From Octopus vulgaris (taxonomy: Eukaryota), in the NCBI GenBank assembly GCA_951406725.2, contig OX597826.1, forward strand, positions 51,832,001-51,896,000: a DNA stretch of 64,000 bases, written 5' to 3'. Under the pieces are notes generated by a model. The model had not been told where the DNA came from. It worked only from the letters and a program-made list of their open reading frames with translations, and did not search any database. Of this stretch, positions 1 to 14,060 are shown piece by piece; within the stretch, counting starts at the first letter, position 1, and each line of letters opens with the position of its first letter. Position numbers and translations under genes: made by a program.

Positions 1-974
1 CAGGGGGCTTTGCTGTAACTGTGCTATAATTTACAACAATGTACTTTTAGACAAACACAAAGAAATTATAAACCTCTTTTTAATCGGTAAGCTTACAAAT
101 CTGTTCTTCCGGCATATCACATGCAAATCGCAGGTTCATGCATCTTAAGCGTATATGTTATATACCCTGTTTCTATGTGTGTACGTATGCGCATGTGCAG
201 GTTTTCGTATGTGTGTGCATGTGTAAGCGAATCTAAACTGCACTTAATAGTTTTGGCACCCATTTATATGTAAACCGTTAGTCATCCCCCCATTTAAGTA
301 TTATTCAGCTGGACACAAGCAAACACTCGCTCGTGCAAAGGCTCACATAAGTATTTCTGTTGAGGAGTGCAATATATTGAACCTGTAGAAAGCTCTCCCA
401 AGTTAATTACCGTTAGCTCACAATGAGGAACGGATTCCACTTCTCTAGCACATGGTCGTAACAATACGGAAACTTATGTTCTAGAGTCCCACATAACCCA
501 GTTTGGTGTGTTTTCACAGACATTATCTAGAAAAAGAATTTCTTCTCCGTGAACGTTACTGCAGTATTAGTGTTTCGACGTTTGAGTGTACACGATCAAT
601 TCAAAATTATTGTGTTCTTTAATTACTTCCAGCTTGATAACACTTAGCACACCTATCAAATTTATTTTTTGTTGTTTCCACAAACGAATTGTAGTTCGTA
701 ATGGGTTATCTACGACAGCTTCTGTGTCTGTAACAAATATAATATAACTATAGAGAAACGTGCGTTTTAACGTCACACGATGTGATTTATAGTCCAGATC
801 AGTTTTGTTTTGCAAGCAGACTATAAGAATAATTTCTCCTCGAAGAGAATAACAACAGCGAAAGTCTTACCTTGTTGCAACTCAGACGATTATGTTAATT
901 ATAAATGTAATTGTACATTAATATATAACTTCGTTATAATCATTACCACTTATTCAGCCATTATACATGGCCTG

Positions 975-1173
975 ACTCTCAGTCAGTTCCCACGACGAAT
1001 ATTCCAATTGGTTCCATTAACGAACCAATCTACTCGTAAAATTAACGTGCAAGTGACTGAGCAGTCCACCGACACGCGAACCATAGTTCTAGGGGGATTC
1101 AGCAACACACTGAATGTGACAAGACCGGTCCTTTGAATTTCAAGTACAACTCATTTTTGCCAGCTAAGTGGAT

Positions 1174-1175
<2 letters not shown>
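975..1175 (-). mobile_element. 5'-truncated SINE: middle like the 18102 family, 3' tail like the 33198 family
   Basis: The reverse complement has CCACTTAGCTGGCAAAAATGAGT (as at ~18226-18248), then the GGACCGGTCTTGTCAC...CAGTCACTTGCACGTTAATTTTACGAG tail (as at ~33412-33580). Confidence 0.7.
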
Positions 1176-1245
<70 letters not shown>

Positions 1246-1272
1246 TTATGTTTGTATGTATGCATATATATA
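1176..1272. repeat. (TA)n microsatellite
   Basis: Seen directly. Confidence 0.95.
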
Positions 1273-1278
1273 CTTGTA

Positions 1279-1417
1279 TCAAATTCCAGCGAGGTCAATT
1301 TTGCCTTTCATCCTTTTAAAGTCAATAAATTAAGTACCAGTTGCGTGTTGGGGTCCATTTAATCGATGGACCCCCGCCCCCAAAATTTCGGTCCTTGTGT
1401 TTAAAATAGAAAAGAAT
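1279..1417 (+). mobile_element. SINE family A, 3' fragment
   Basis: TCAAATTCCAGCGAGGTC...GCCTTTCATCC...AAGTACCAGTTGCG matches 24821-25387. Confidence 0.75.
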
Positions 1418-4400
1418 ATATATGATTGTATATCTTATCAAACTGAGTTTTAGTTTTAGTAAAAAAGCATGTCCAAACTCGGTATGTGTAATATGAATAG
1501 TTTATTTGAATGGTTTACCATTTCCCCTGGAAAGGTAAACCCATGATTCATTGTTTGTATTTATTTTGTATACATACATACATACATATATTTAATTATG
1601 TATATAATGCATATAATCATATATATTTGTAGATATGCATACACACACGCATATACATATATGTATGTATGTGTATATGTATATGTAGAGAGCACCAGTT
1701 GTTTAGCAAGTACTTCAGTACTTTATTCATCAAAATCGCTTAAAGGTCGATAAAAACATCGTTAGCACTATGACCAGTACTATTTTGAAGTGTATTCATG
1801 CCACTTATACATATTCTATGGAATAAACAAAATTAACAAATAAAATCAATAGATAAAATCAATAAATAAAGCACTCTTTGTTTATTTTAGTTCAGTAAAA
1901 TCAATACTCACAATCACTTGCTAAGGGCCTCTAGAAAGGATATTTTGCAATATTTCCCATTTCCTAGTCATTTCTGAGATTTTGGCTATGTATGAAATCA
2001 ATAACCAAATGCGTTACACATATTATATATAGCATTTCAGTCGTGATCTTACTTAAATAAAGTTTAACAGCGACAAAGCTGAGTCTTGTAGGCGATAGTA
2101 TTAAGGATTCTCTACCAGTTTTGAATATCGAATTCCTGTATATCACTTCTCACGATATCGAATGCCGTTTCCTCTATTCACAGTTAGTATAGATTAAACG
2201 CATTTCCTTTTTAAATAAAGTATTTGCTTTGTCTTCTGTCTTCACTCTATTCAGAAAAAATGTACTTCATTTTATTTATTTATTTTTTTTTTTGTAATTA
2301 ACAAATGTCTTTTATAACGCATTTAACAAAAGACTGGGCCTCACTTCGATGTGTTTCTTGCAGAGATACGTCCTCCTCCAATTGCTGTATTCCCATTAAT
2401 GTAAATGAAAAGTAATTGTTATAGTTCTTCGTTCTCCATTTTCTAACCGAATTTATTATGTGTGGAATGTGTAAATAAAGATACAAATTGTTTTATACTG
2501 CAGTGGTCACATACATATGAGTCTAGGAACAAGGTAAAAGATGAAGATCTACAGGGGCACTCGGTTAGAATAAGATATAAAATTCTACTCAAATCATAAC
2601 AAATCTTCTCAAAGCATAAAAAAGAAAACAAACAAAAAGCATGATGTCTCTCTTAAAAGAAATAAGAGGTGGTCAGGGCTGGAACTCTTGTTATCATAGT
2701 CCTACAAATCTAAATGACAACACACAAATCATCCGCACTAAATTAATGAGAATTTCTAATGAAATAAAGATTTTCTTGAAACTTAAGTATACCGGGAGAT
2801 GCAAATTAAACAGACTATATTATGCCATCGGCATTTTAATATTTCCACGACCACGACATTTAATCATTAATTATTTAGTTGAACATAAACGCACTTTAAT
2901 ACAGAAATAATTCTCACCACAGTGGAGTAATTATATCACCAGAGAAATCTGATTCCATGATTGATTGGTTTAAACTACCATATTTCCAAATTCTTTCAAT
3001 AACGACCCATTGATCACATTTCCTTTCAATTATATGATTCTATATTTTGCTTATATTTTCAAAAGTTTCGGAAACAGTTTCTGCAGCGTTCATCCTTTTC
3101 TCTCATAATTTAAGGTGTGTGAAATTTACACTAAGTACAAGTATTCCTCTGGCTATTGTCTTCATAAGATATATTGCGACCTCAGTAGCAATGAGTTTAC
3201 ACAATGATTGGAACTCCATTTTACAAACCCTGCTTTGATTGGTCCATCTGTTTTACTTTAGTAAGTGATGGGAGAAAACCTAAATTCTAATTAACTGAAT
3301 GGATTATCTCCACTTCAATAAAATAAAATATCTTGCCATATGTCTGTCTGTGTGAATATGTGTGCTGAACGCAACATACTCCGTTCCATCTGACCAAAAG
3401 AATAATAAGCCTAATTGTTGAATAAAAGTTTACAATAAAGTACGATATCTACAGCGGTGACATTTGTCTGCATGGTGAATATAGAAGTGTTAAAGAACTT
3501 AGAAAAAAGGACACAAACACGTATGAAACTATTCGTCTCCAAATCGCAGCTCGCATTAACAAGTTTAAAGAAAATGAAGATCGTAATAATTTAGAAGACA
3601 ATAGCTAAGCATATGGCCCCTCATGATTGGCCGCTTTCAGATGAATCCAAATAAACGTATATCCAGGCGGCTACGATATCCTACAATAATCGTCTTTCTT
3701 ATTGCAAATATGTATGACAGTCTACCATGATTCCTTACTTCCAATTTGTGGCACTGGATTCATCTCATTATATAGGGCTAGTCAAGACCATTAAAAATCG
3801 AAACCCCTTACGCATATGGCCTCGTACCAGAACCTCAATTACCATAGGTTCACTTTGAAAGTGTATTTAGTAACTATTTGGTTTCATTGCTACATGAAAT
3901 CTGCGATTCGCTACTTATTACAGGTTAAATTTGAACTCGTCATGTAAACATATTAAGCAGCAACCATATATCTTACTCTATTACAAGAAGTACTGTTACA
4001 AATTGTATTTGCATCGGAGCTATGAAAATATAATTCAGCACTGAATTAGTGAACACATGTAAACACTCAATTGCTTTTAATAACTGTAGCCATCCTGTTC
4101 AATCAACTCGATTTTCCACGAGTCTATATTTACATGCTCCAAGGCAGAAGCAATATATCTATCAGATGGTGTCTACAGGAAGAAGTCGTTGGATTACAAT
4201 GTTATACCGTGTGAAAATCACTTGTTAGCAAAACATTAAGAGTGTTACGTGCGAAAATATGGCTGTTTGTGTAAACTAATGCGGTGTCAAAGAGCACTGG
4301 CCTTGCTCGTTGTAGCAATTGTGATGATCCGTCCGTACAAAATTGCCAACAACTAAACTGATTGTGACTAATATTCATTCTAACCAGCGTAATAAGTGAA

Positions 4401-4687
4401 GAAATTATTCGAAGAAATTGAATATTCAAATTACTGAAAAATTTGAGCAATCACTCTAACCCTTTCAACATTGACAACTACCTGATCTATCTCCGCTGCT
4501 ACTAGCACCGTTCCCACCGCTAGTACTACCACTATCACAACCAACGCCGCCGTTACCACCATCAGCTACAACGAAAAATTAGACGAGGACGGAGCATCGA
4601 CATGGTCACTGGAATATTTATAAAAAAAGAACTGTCCAACGTCTTTCAAATACCTTTTATAAATAAGCGAACGGTATATTAGATAAT

Positions 4688-4974
4688 TATGATTATCCTT
4701 GTGCTCTTCCCCAGTAGCCAATGTGGTATCTCGCAGCCCTTGGCATATTTCGGTCATATTATGCGGAGAAAATCCCTGGAGAAGGACATCATGCACGGAA
4801 TGGTCAGTGGCAAGAGAGGAAGCGGCCGACCAAGAACCCGCTGGCTTGACACCATCAAGAGTGATACCGGAATGGACATAGCCAGTCTGAAAGAAGCGGC
4901 CCAGGATAGAACTGACTGGAGGACACTGATCCAACGAGTAACCGAGAGTCGACTTCGACTGAGCGGATAGATAG
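4688..4974 (+). mobile_element. RTE-clade (BovB-like) LINE, 5'-truncated 3' end with TSD
   Basis: Translation YFGHIMRRKSLEKDIMHGMVSGKRGSGRPRTRWLDTIK...AQDRTDWR is the typical RTE ORF C-terminus. Short (GATA) tail. A 12-bp direct repeat ATATTAGATAAT lies at 4676-4687 and 4975-4986. Confidence 0.9.
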
Positions 4975-5542
4975 ATATTAGATAATATATGTGTAGGGAC
5001 ATGATGTCATAGCTGGAATGTCTTTAGTTACAACCTATTGAGATCAGGAGAACATATTTGATTATGTTGTCAATGGAAACTTAGTCATTATAGAATGAAT
5101 GTAATAAAAAGTGGAATTGAATGTTTTAGATCATAGGTCTGCTGGTTCAGGGTCAGCTTCGGATTTTACAATAAAAATGAGACGGAGCTACAATCCAACA
5201 AAATACAAACTATCAGCGATAACATTACGGTCATGAAACACCGAGGGAATTTTTTTCCTGGTACTTTGAAGTACTAGAAATAGCAGTAAGTGCTCACTCA
5301 AAAACCCGCACGTACACACACATACACATACACACAAAGTATGGCTCAATATAATTAAGCTTGTGTATGTAAATAGTGTGTATATAACTTTATCTGTATA
5401 AGTATATACGTGCATGTGTATACACACACGCACACACAGACACGCACACACGCACTCTCTCTCTCTCTCTCTCACACACACACATATATATATGTATGTA
5501 TATATATTTCGATTCAGGCCTATGTTTCGAAATGTTGGCCAC

Positions 5543-5583
<41 letters not shown>

Positions 5584-6341
5584 AATACATGTACATACTC
5601 AATCACACGTACACGCATATACTTATAAAAAGAAGAAATGAGTGAACACGAGTGCTTTAATTATATCAATTTACATTTTTTGCATCTAAATTCGATCTCA
5701 CGAATATTACTATATTATGCTATGATATATGCAACTAATGATTCATGAGGTTTCATTGTAAGTACGAAATTCGATGCTTTAGTATTATGTGACAGAACAT
5801 AGAAGTAGATTGTTTCGTTTTGTAATATGCAGATGTAATAACATAAAGATACCCAACTCGATATGGGTATAAATTATTGATAATTCAAGTATCTACAGCA
5901 AATGACTTATATACATAATTCTGAAAAGCGCAATTTTGTACAAGCCATTACAATGTTACCTCGTCAATCGGCACTTGCATATATCATTGCATATTTTGTT
6001 ACAAGTGAATAAATATAACATACAATAAATAATAAATCGCAAATCCCACGTGGTGCTGAAACCAAGTTGATGCTAGATGCACTGTCAAGGCAGAACTAGA
6101 GGAATCGGGGTTCTGGTACGATGCTGAGAACGTAAAAGAACTGTATTTCTAATTGTCTTCACAAGCCTTACATAGTGATAAATGAATAAATGTAGATATT
6201 TTAATTAAGTATACCAAAATTTAAAAGTTCGGATTGGTCTAAGCAAATTCCTTTTAATCACATGATCAATGTACTCCTAGTATTCTGATGTAGAAATCAG
6301 TTCAGAAATCTTCCCGAAAGGGGTTTCAGATGGTAGCCAGA

Positions 6342-6646
6342 TTATTTTATTTATATTTTTATTTATGCGCCCTTTTCAAGCCTAGCCAGGCTCATGGACC
6401 CAGTTTCCCGGTTTCTATGGCGTATGTGTTTCCCCCCAGCAGTCCATCGCAGCGTTACTCAAGAAACAGTGAGAGAAAGTTGGGGTGAAAGCGTACGACA
6501 GGGGTCGCCACCACCCCCTGCCGAGCCTCGCGGTGCTTTAGGTGTTTTAGCTCAATAAACACACACAACGCCCGGTTTGGGAATCGAAACCGCGATCCTC
6601 CGACCGCGAGTCCGTTGCCCTAACCACTGGGCCATTGCGCCTCCAC
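6342..6646 (-). mobile_element. tRNA-derived SINE (head of the 33198 family, tail of the 18102 family)
   Basis: The reverse complement begins GTGGAGGCGCAATGGCCCAGTGGTTAGG (A box) and GGTTTCGATTCCC (B box). It ends GAAACCGGGAAAC...CCTGGCTAGGCTTGAAAAGGGCGCATAAATAAA. Confidence 0.85.
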
Positions 6647-7164
6647 AGTAAGATTAATTAGGTATTATTTAATAAATATTTAGATTTTTAGGTTTACAAA
6701 GATTTTCTAAACTTTCATAATAAGTTCAGAGTGTTTATTAATCAGTCGTTTATTAATCAGTTGTTATTTAGATAGTAAAATACATAATATCTCTTCTAAG
6801 CAAAAACTGCATAAATTAGAATTTCCGTCATACAAATATGAACCATTATTTTGGACCAGGAAATGCATTGAATCTTCTTTTCCGTCATATGTCAAAGAAG
6901 TATTATATCTCGAAATGGTGCAGTGTGGCTACGCCATCGAATTTTGGAAAGCTCTGCTGTCCCGTCTACATATCTGTATTCATTTCCTTCAACCGAACAG
7001 AGTATTTTCATACGATGTTCTTAATTCATACGTGTTTTACTTGTAATATGCAAATGCAGTCATGTAAACACGCCCAATTGAATATAGGCATAAATTATTG
7101 ATAATTCATGTATCTACTGGAAATGAATTTTATGCATTCTGCCTTGTGCCTAGAGTAGAAAATA

Positions 7165-7559
7165 ATTATTTCTACTCTAGGTACAAGGCCTTGAAAATTT
7201 TGGAGGATGGGTGTGCTAGTCGATTACGTCGGCCCCAGTGAGTAACTGGTACTTATTTCATAAACTCCGAAAGGATGACAGGCAAAGTCGGCCCCGGTAG
7301 AATTTGAACACAGAATGTAGGGGCAGACGAAATACCTATTTCTTTACTACCCACAAGGGGCTAAATACAGAGAGGACAAACAAGGACAGACAAACGGATT
7401 AAGTCGATTACATCGACTACAGTGCGTAACTAGTACTTATTTAATCGACACCGAAAGGATGAAAGGCAAAGTCGGCCTCGGCGGAATTTGAACTCAGAAC
7501 GTAGCGGCAGACGAAATACCGCTAAGCATTTCGCCCGGCGTGCTAACGTTTCTGCCAGC
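7165..7559 (-). mobile_element. SINE family A with internal tandem duplication (2 units)
   Basis: The reverse complement matches 24821-25387, and the CCGAAAGGATGA...AAAGTCGGCC...AATTTGAAC block occurs twice. Confidence 0.88.
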
Positions 7560-7774
7560 GTTATTTTGATAATGGCAATGATGTGCTTTAGTTTTGGCAG
7601 CGGTCGTGATTAAAAGACGCCATTGGGAATTATGAACTGACTTAAATAACGTGACTCTGTAGCTGATGGCTTTAGTTGCCGTTGTAGTGAGTGTGTGGAT
7701 TGTTGAAGACCGCATCTCATCTCTTTTCCATATATAAGAATCAGTAGAGTGCGATTAAGAGGGTTATCTGGATG

Positions 7775-8193
7775 CAAAGATGGGCACCGTTAATCGAAAC
7801 TTTAATTTCGTTAACTGTTAATCCATTTAGCAAAAAAAGTTAACTCCGATAACCGTTAATACACTTAACTATTTCCTAATGTATCGGAAGTTATCGATAA
7901 ACCGTCAACGTGAATTTTTATCATAGAAGAAAAGACAAAACCTCAGTTTTTGCTCTAAAACCACCTAAAAACACCTTTAAAAAGTGCCAAACCTATAAAA
8001 CCTGTTAACTTCAATTCAATTGAAGTTAACGGAAGTTAACTCAAGTTGACTTGAGTTAACGGAAGTTAAATGTAATAGAAGTTAATCAATCCAATAATGA
8101 TTTCCAAATTTAACTTAAAAGTTAAATCTATAACGAAAATGTTAACTTCGTTAATTAACGATTAACGAATTAACGGTTTAGTGCCCAGGTTTT
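7775..8193. mobile_element. Non-autonomous hAT-type DNA transposon (MITE), 419 bp
   Basis: 8-bp TSD TCTGGATG at 7767-7774 and 8194-8201. Imperfect 13-bp TIRs CAAAGATGGGCAC / GTGCCCAGGTTTT (10/13 match). Dense subterminal GTTAA/TTAAC motifs. No ORF. Confidence 0.8.
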
Positions 8194-10900
8194 TCTGGAT
8201 GCTGTTTCCTGCTGGTAAAGCAACCATCCATGTGTTGAGGCTTTGTCTCGTGATTGTCTTGCGGATTATCGTGACAGAGTGATACAAATTGATTTGGGTT
8301 ACTGATATTTATGATATTTACAGCGTTTAAACTAAGCGTTCATGTTAAAGGCATTTCACTCTCTTACACTTCATGTAAGCAGCAAAAAAAATATTACATA
8401 ATTTAAAAGTTTGTTATAAAACTATTCCCAACTGTTATGGTATTTGCTGAAAATGCAAGTTTCGACGAATGCTAACAACATTTCAGGAAAGTACACTCGC
8501 GGAATGAAAATATATTCAAAGTTAAGAAGTAGGAAAATTATGAAATTTATTCACCTAAAGACATTATGAAATGTGTGTAATTACTAGCAACGAAATGTTC
8601 CTCAGACATATGTCTACTATAAAGTAAGACGTTCATAAAGTCATTAGAAACAATGAGGTAGACATTTATTCTGTTTCTTGTTGATTTTATTATTTAGTCC
8701 ACGAAATATTTCTATGTCAAGTACTTCTAAGACAACTAGAAATCTTCTCCAAGTAAAGAGGCAAAATTGGCTTGCAGTAGGAACAAACTATTGACCCCCA
8801 ATTTATAAGTACTCAGCAATACGGTAGAATTCCTGATTAATTTGCATGAATTAGAATATAGCTTAACTCTCGATGAAGAATGTTTGAAATTACCATAAAT
8901 TAAAAAATAACGAATATCTGTAAAATAAAAGGTAATAAAAATCTATTTCTGTTCATTAAGCTCAAAGTACAGTAAAATAAAATAACAGTAAAACTGATAT
9001 TTGATTTTAAGCTTAGGAAGATAAAATCTTTTCCAAAAGTCTTGTTAAAGTGTTAAACGCAATCTTTTCGTTAGGTGCCCAAGAGAAATGGAAGAAGTCG
9101 TTACTTTAACAAAAACACATTATCTAAGAAGAATTATTACAACCCGGAGTAACCCGGGCTTATTATGAACCTCCTCCTCGCTACTTATCCTTGACAATAA
9201 GATCTATCAACATAGAATTTACTATATTTTTATAGTATTTCCTTACTGAGATAAAAAATCTATGTTTCGGGATAAAGTATTTAAAAATGTCCTCTGTTGC
9301 TTAAAAGTAGCATAGTATCTAACAGAAAATATAGCTAACGTTTTGTACAATCTTCTTATCCTCTTTTCTTCTTTTCTTCTTCATGGGACATGGTAGGACG
9401 TATGAAAACCTGACACTATCTCCTGATTACAACTTTATATGTCGCGTCACACATTTCTAGAATATCCTTCTTAAAAAGATACATAAAATAAAATTACTAA
9501 AACAATGTATTCCGTATTTTTTTTTCCGTTTGTTTTCAGTGCACCTTCCGTTATATTGACGATATTCAGACCAGATGCTACAAAGATGCTTTCCTCTAAT
9601 TGCAGAAGTAGATCTATTTCAGTACCAAAGAGGTACATATATTTAATATGGCGTCGAGTGGAGAGAAATAGTAACCAAACGTTTTATAGTATATGATTTC
9701 GTCTATCACTATGTTTTATTTATTTCTTTAATCAGAGGAAGTCGCAGCGCCCATGTTCTTTTCATCTCTACCGCAAGAATGCTGAGATCAATAGCAGTTA
9801 ATGTTCAGCTTGAAATTTTGTAACTTGATGCCTGTAGCAGAAATATTAGACAACAGCAAGTAAGAAAGAGAGAGCTATCTTCTGTGGAGAGAATATTCAA
9901 TAAAGTGTTTACTTTGAGATTATCTAACTAGAAATGACGGGTACATCAAGATGGCTTCACTAGACGGACCCTGGAGCTTTTAAGTTGGCAGGAGAGGAGA
10001 GAGAGAAAGTTAGGATAGAGAGACAGAGAAAAACCTGGGAAAGCGGGAGAGACAGATAGATAAACAAAGAGAGAGAAATTTTGCAGTTTCTTGAAGAGAC
10101 CTAGAAAGTGTATACAGCTCGAAACGTTATATATGTGAGCAGAATACTAATGGGTGTTGTACTTGGATTCTGTTCAGGGCTAGATAACAGGGCAGAAATA
10201 TGCTTGTAGGCAAGAAGAAGAAAAAACATTGCAATGCAGCTTTAGCAATGTTCTATGGCCACCATCAAATTATATCAGAGAATCTGAGGCCTTCATCTAT
10301 AATGAGTTTTGCTCAACGTTGTTTATAAGTTAGTTTCTATGATAAATGTAGGGACATATCTACATTGTCATGCTATCATCGGAGATGTTTTCAGCCCACC
10401 CTACAGGGTAACGGTGAAGTTCATGATTAGATATGTATAGAAATTTAATTCCGGCGTTTCAGGGGAATTGAAAGCTGATTTCATCAGATTAACACTGTGT
10501 GAGTAGGTTGGTGCTTTTGAGTGTGTATTTGTGAGTGCTTTTGTGAGGGTGTGTTTGTATGTGTGATGAAAGGAAGCAATTAGAAGACATGAGAAAGCGT
10601 AATTAATACAGGAGACAGAATATTACCTTGAAGTAAACCATCACATTTTAAAAAATAGCTAAAAGGAAGCTCACTTCATCACCATGATCATGATCATCAT
10701 CATCATCATCATTATACTTCGCCATTAAACCCGCTTCCAATTTACAGTGCAAGTAGCTTCTGTAGTTACCACGATAAATATTCACTGATACCAACTTCAC
10801 TTTGCGCCCTTCTATAAATTATCATCATCACTCATTACTGTCCTCGAACCTCCCCATCATTCCCACCTTTGTTATCTTAAATATCACCACCATTTTGGAA

Positions 10901-10953
10901 CAAAGCCTTGTGAGTGGATTTGGTAGACGGAAACTGAAAGAAGCCCATCGTAC

Positions 10954-10984
<31 letters not shown>

Positions 10985-11248
10985 TATGCTTGTGTGTGTG
11001 TGTGTGCTTGGGGTGTTTATATGTTTGTGTGTCTGTGTTTGTCCCCATCCCCAACATCGCTTGACAACAGATGCTGGTGTGCTTACGTCCCCGTAAGTTA
11101 GCGGTTCGGCAAAAGAGGCCAATAGAATAAGTACTATTCTTACAATGAATAAATCCTGGGGTCGATTTGCTCGACTAAAGGCGGTGCTCCAGTATGTCCG
11201 CAGTCAAATGACTGAAACAGGTAAAACAATAAAAGAATAAAAGAATAA
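10901..11248 (+). mobile_element. SINE family B, 5'-truncated
   Basis: CTTGTGAGTGGATTTGGTAGACGGAAACTGAAAGAAGCCC, internal (TA)n/(TG)n, CGCTTGACAAC...GACTGAAACA, and an AAAAGAAT tail; matches 19131-19585. Confidence 0.88.
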
Positions 11249-12144
11249 CCTCGAAGGCTTTGCGAGTTGGCTCATAAGTTTTTGAAAGTCAATTGTTTAT
11301 ATAAAACAATTGTAGCTTTAAATCTGAGTATATATACATATAATTGTTATTATGATATAAATATATATATAATCAGTATATGATTTAACTTATATAACAA
11401 AGTTCAACAAATTCATTCATATTTATGTAATAGAGGAGATTAGATGTTAAAATGGATTATAGTTTTTATTTTTTTATTTTTAATGTTGCTATACAATTTC
11501 TTACATACAAAAAAGACTCAGATATTCATAAACAGAAAATCGCAATAGTCATATTTGTACTCGTCAGTAGCTGATATTAAAACTAAATAAGATGTTAGAA
11601 GTACATAGTTGTCATTTTAGAAATATTGTATTCGTTCTTGCAGTCATGCCTGTGTGAATCAAGTCTCAGGTTATTAAACTAATAAATTTACGTACAAATA
11701 CACACATATACATATATTCACAAATACACTCGCACTTTCCATTCTCATGAATATGTACCCATTCATGCTATGAATTCTACAATCCCGCTCATATATTAAT
11801 ACTTTTCCTTTTTTTATATCCATTCATGTAGAATTATGATTTTATGCTTAAAAGGAAATTCATTCCATAGGATAAACTTATAAGGTTTGTTCGTACATGC
11901 CTACATAGCTCTCCACAATGTGATATGTCTATTCGCGTATAATAATATTACTATAGAAATACTTTCATTATTTATCCTATAATTACATCTCCTAAGTACA
12001 TTTATACCTAATGATAAATTCATGTGTCCTATAGTTGTTTCCCTTTTAACCAAGCGTACTGAAATCTCTCTCTCACTCACACACACAATCTGTCTGTCTC
12101 TCTCTCTCTATCTGACTCTCTCTCTCTCCCTCTCTTTCTCTATA

Positions 12145-12176
<32 letters not shown>

Positions 12177-13307
12177 AATATATGAATTCTCTAGAGACAA
12201 TCTTTAAACATGCCATACAAGTAACTGACCTTCTTAATATTTATATTTGACATAAGTACCATCTATATTTAGAAAATCAAAGCCATAGAAGTATAGTATT
12301 TAACAACCTATTATCTATGAATACTAAGCAGGTTGAACACAGGACATAATTATGAATAGTCTCCTGTCCATTTCATTCAAGCGAATAGAAAGCCGTTCTC
12401 TTTGGCTGCTTCCGACACTGATCAACTAGAAATCATCCATATTTGTAGTATTATTTCTTATCGTAACCGAACATTTTCGTCAGTATTATTTTATATAAAC
12501 GATTGCCTTTTACAGGACGTAAGCTGTCAGCCAACTGAAGTTCTATTCCAGTTCGAACCCTATTTGCTACACCTTTACCTGAGATACCTTTGAGATGTTT
12601 TGGTGTGATGAAATCTCATTCCATTCCCACATATAATTGCACATCATAGCTCAGCAAAAAATAAAATCAACATTTAATATTTATTGTGATTTATTATTAA
12701 TATACGCCGGTTTGCCTCACGCGATACGTTGCATTTCCATTTATTCCAAAATTATGCTACACTGCTTTCATTATCATATATCCAATTGGAAATTGAATTT
12801 TGTCCTAGGCTGTTCTATGTATCGATCTTCAATAATGAAATTCATCACACAAGCGAAAGTGGACAGAAGAATGTATTTTTCACTAGATATAGACTCTAAA
12901 TATGAATGAATTTATAGCTGAATACATTATTACTTCGACTATTCTTGCATCAATAGCAAAGATTTATGAGCTTATTGCTTCCCAAACAGTTGAGGGTTGA
13001 AATTAATTAGCAGCTGCTTCCATATTCAGGAAGATAGGATGATAATTTTCTAGCTAACAACAGTCACTGTATCAAAGAAATTTATTATGTGATGTTCAAA
13101 CTATAAATTACAAGCTGGCTTATATTTAGCATCAATGTATATTAGAAAAGGTCTTGATATACATGACTTACATGGACTAATGTATAATGTTATATGAAAT
13201 ATTTTACAATGACATCACCAAACAGCTGTGACTAAATAACCAACCTCTGATATACTTACACACACACGCACACACACACACATACACACACACACACACA
13301 CACAATA

Positions 13308-13507
13308 ATCTTTTATACTCTAGGCACAAAGGCTCGAAATTTTTGGGGAGCGTCATCAGTCGATTCGATCGACTCCAATACGCAACGTGTACTTAATTTA
13401 TCGACCCCGAAAGGATGAAAGTCAAAGTTGAACTCAGAACATAAGGACAGACGAAATACCACAAAGCAATTCGCCCAGCGTGCTAACATGTCTGCCACCT
13501 CGCCGCC
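13308..13507 (-). mobile_element. SINE family A
   Basis: The reverse complement starts GGCGGCGAGGTGGCAGACATGTTAGCACG and contains TTTCATCCTTTCGGGGTCGATAAATTAAGTAC. Confidence 0.85.
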
Positions 13508-13764
13508 ATACACACAAAATAATAGAAGTAAAATGCAATCTAGTAAAAACTGAAAGCCTGGTTGAATGATTTCTTTATGCATCTGCTACCATATGTTTGA
13601 ATTAAAACTGCTGTTGTTCTGATAGAAAAGATAAACCAAAAGTGTTAAACTACATTCGTGCAGTAAAAAGAACTGACTGCTGTGTCAATAGAAGTTGCTT
13701 AGTTTCAATTCCAACTTGAGATTCCTTTGACGGCTTTTACTCCTGTGCTAGCATGACTGCACGG

Positions 13765-14060
13765 TTATGAAGCTTGGTTTGAAATCTTGAGGTTTCGGAT
13801 TCATTCCCACTTCATGGTACTTTGCACATTTTTTTCTACTAGAGAACTGGTAAATGCTTTGTGTATGTATTTGCTAGACGGTAACTGAAAGAAGACTGCA
13901 GTATACATACATACACACCGAAACTTAGTGCTTTTGGCAATTGATATAGATTGAATAAATACAAGAATTTAAAAAATAAATATATGCTGAAGTCCATTTG
14001 CTCACCTACCCTAAGGCGGTGTCCCAGCAAAATTGCAGTTCAATGACTGAAACAAAATAG
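13765..14060 (+). mobile_element. Degenerate SINE family B
   Basis: Diverged matches: GACGGTAACTGAAAGAAG, AAGGCGGTGTCCCAGCA, CAATGACTGAAACAA. Confidence 0.6.
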
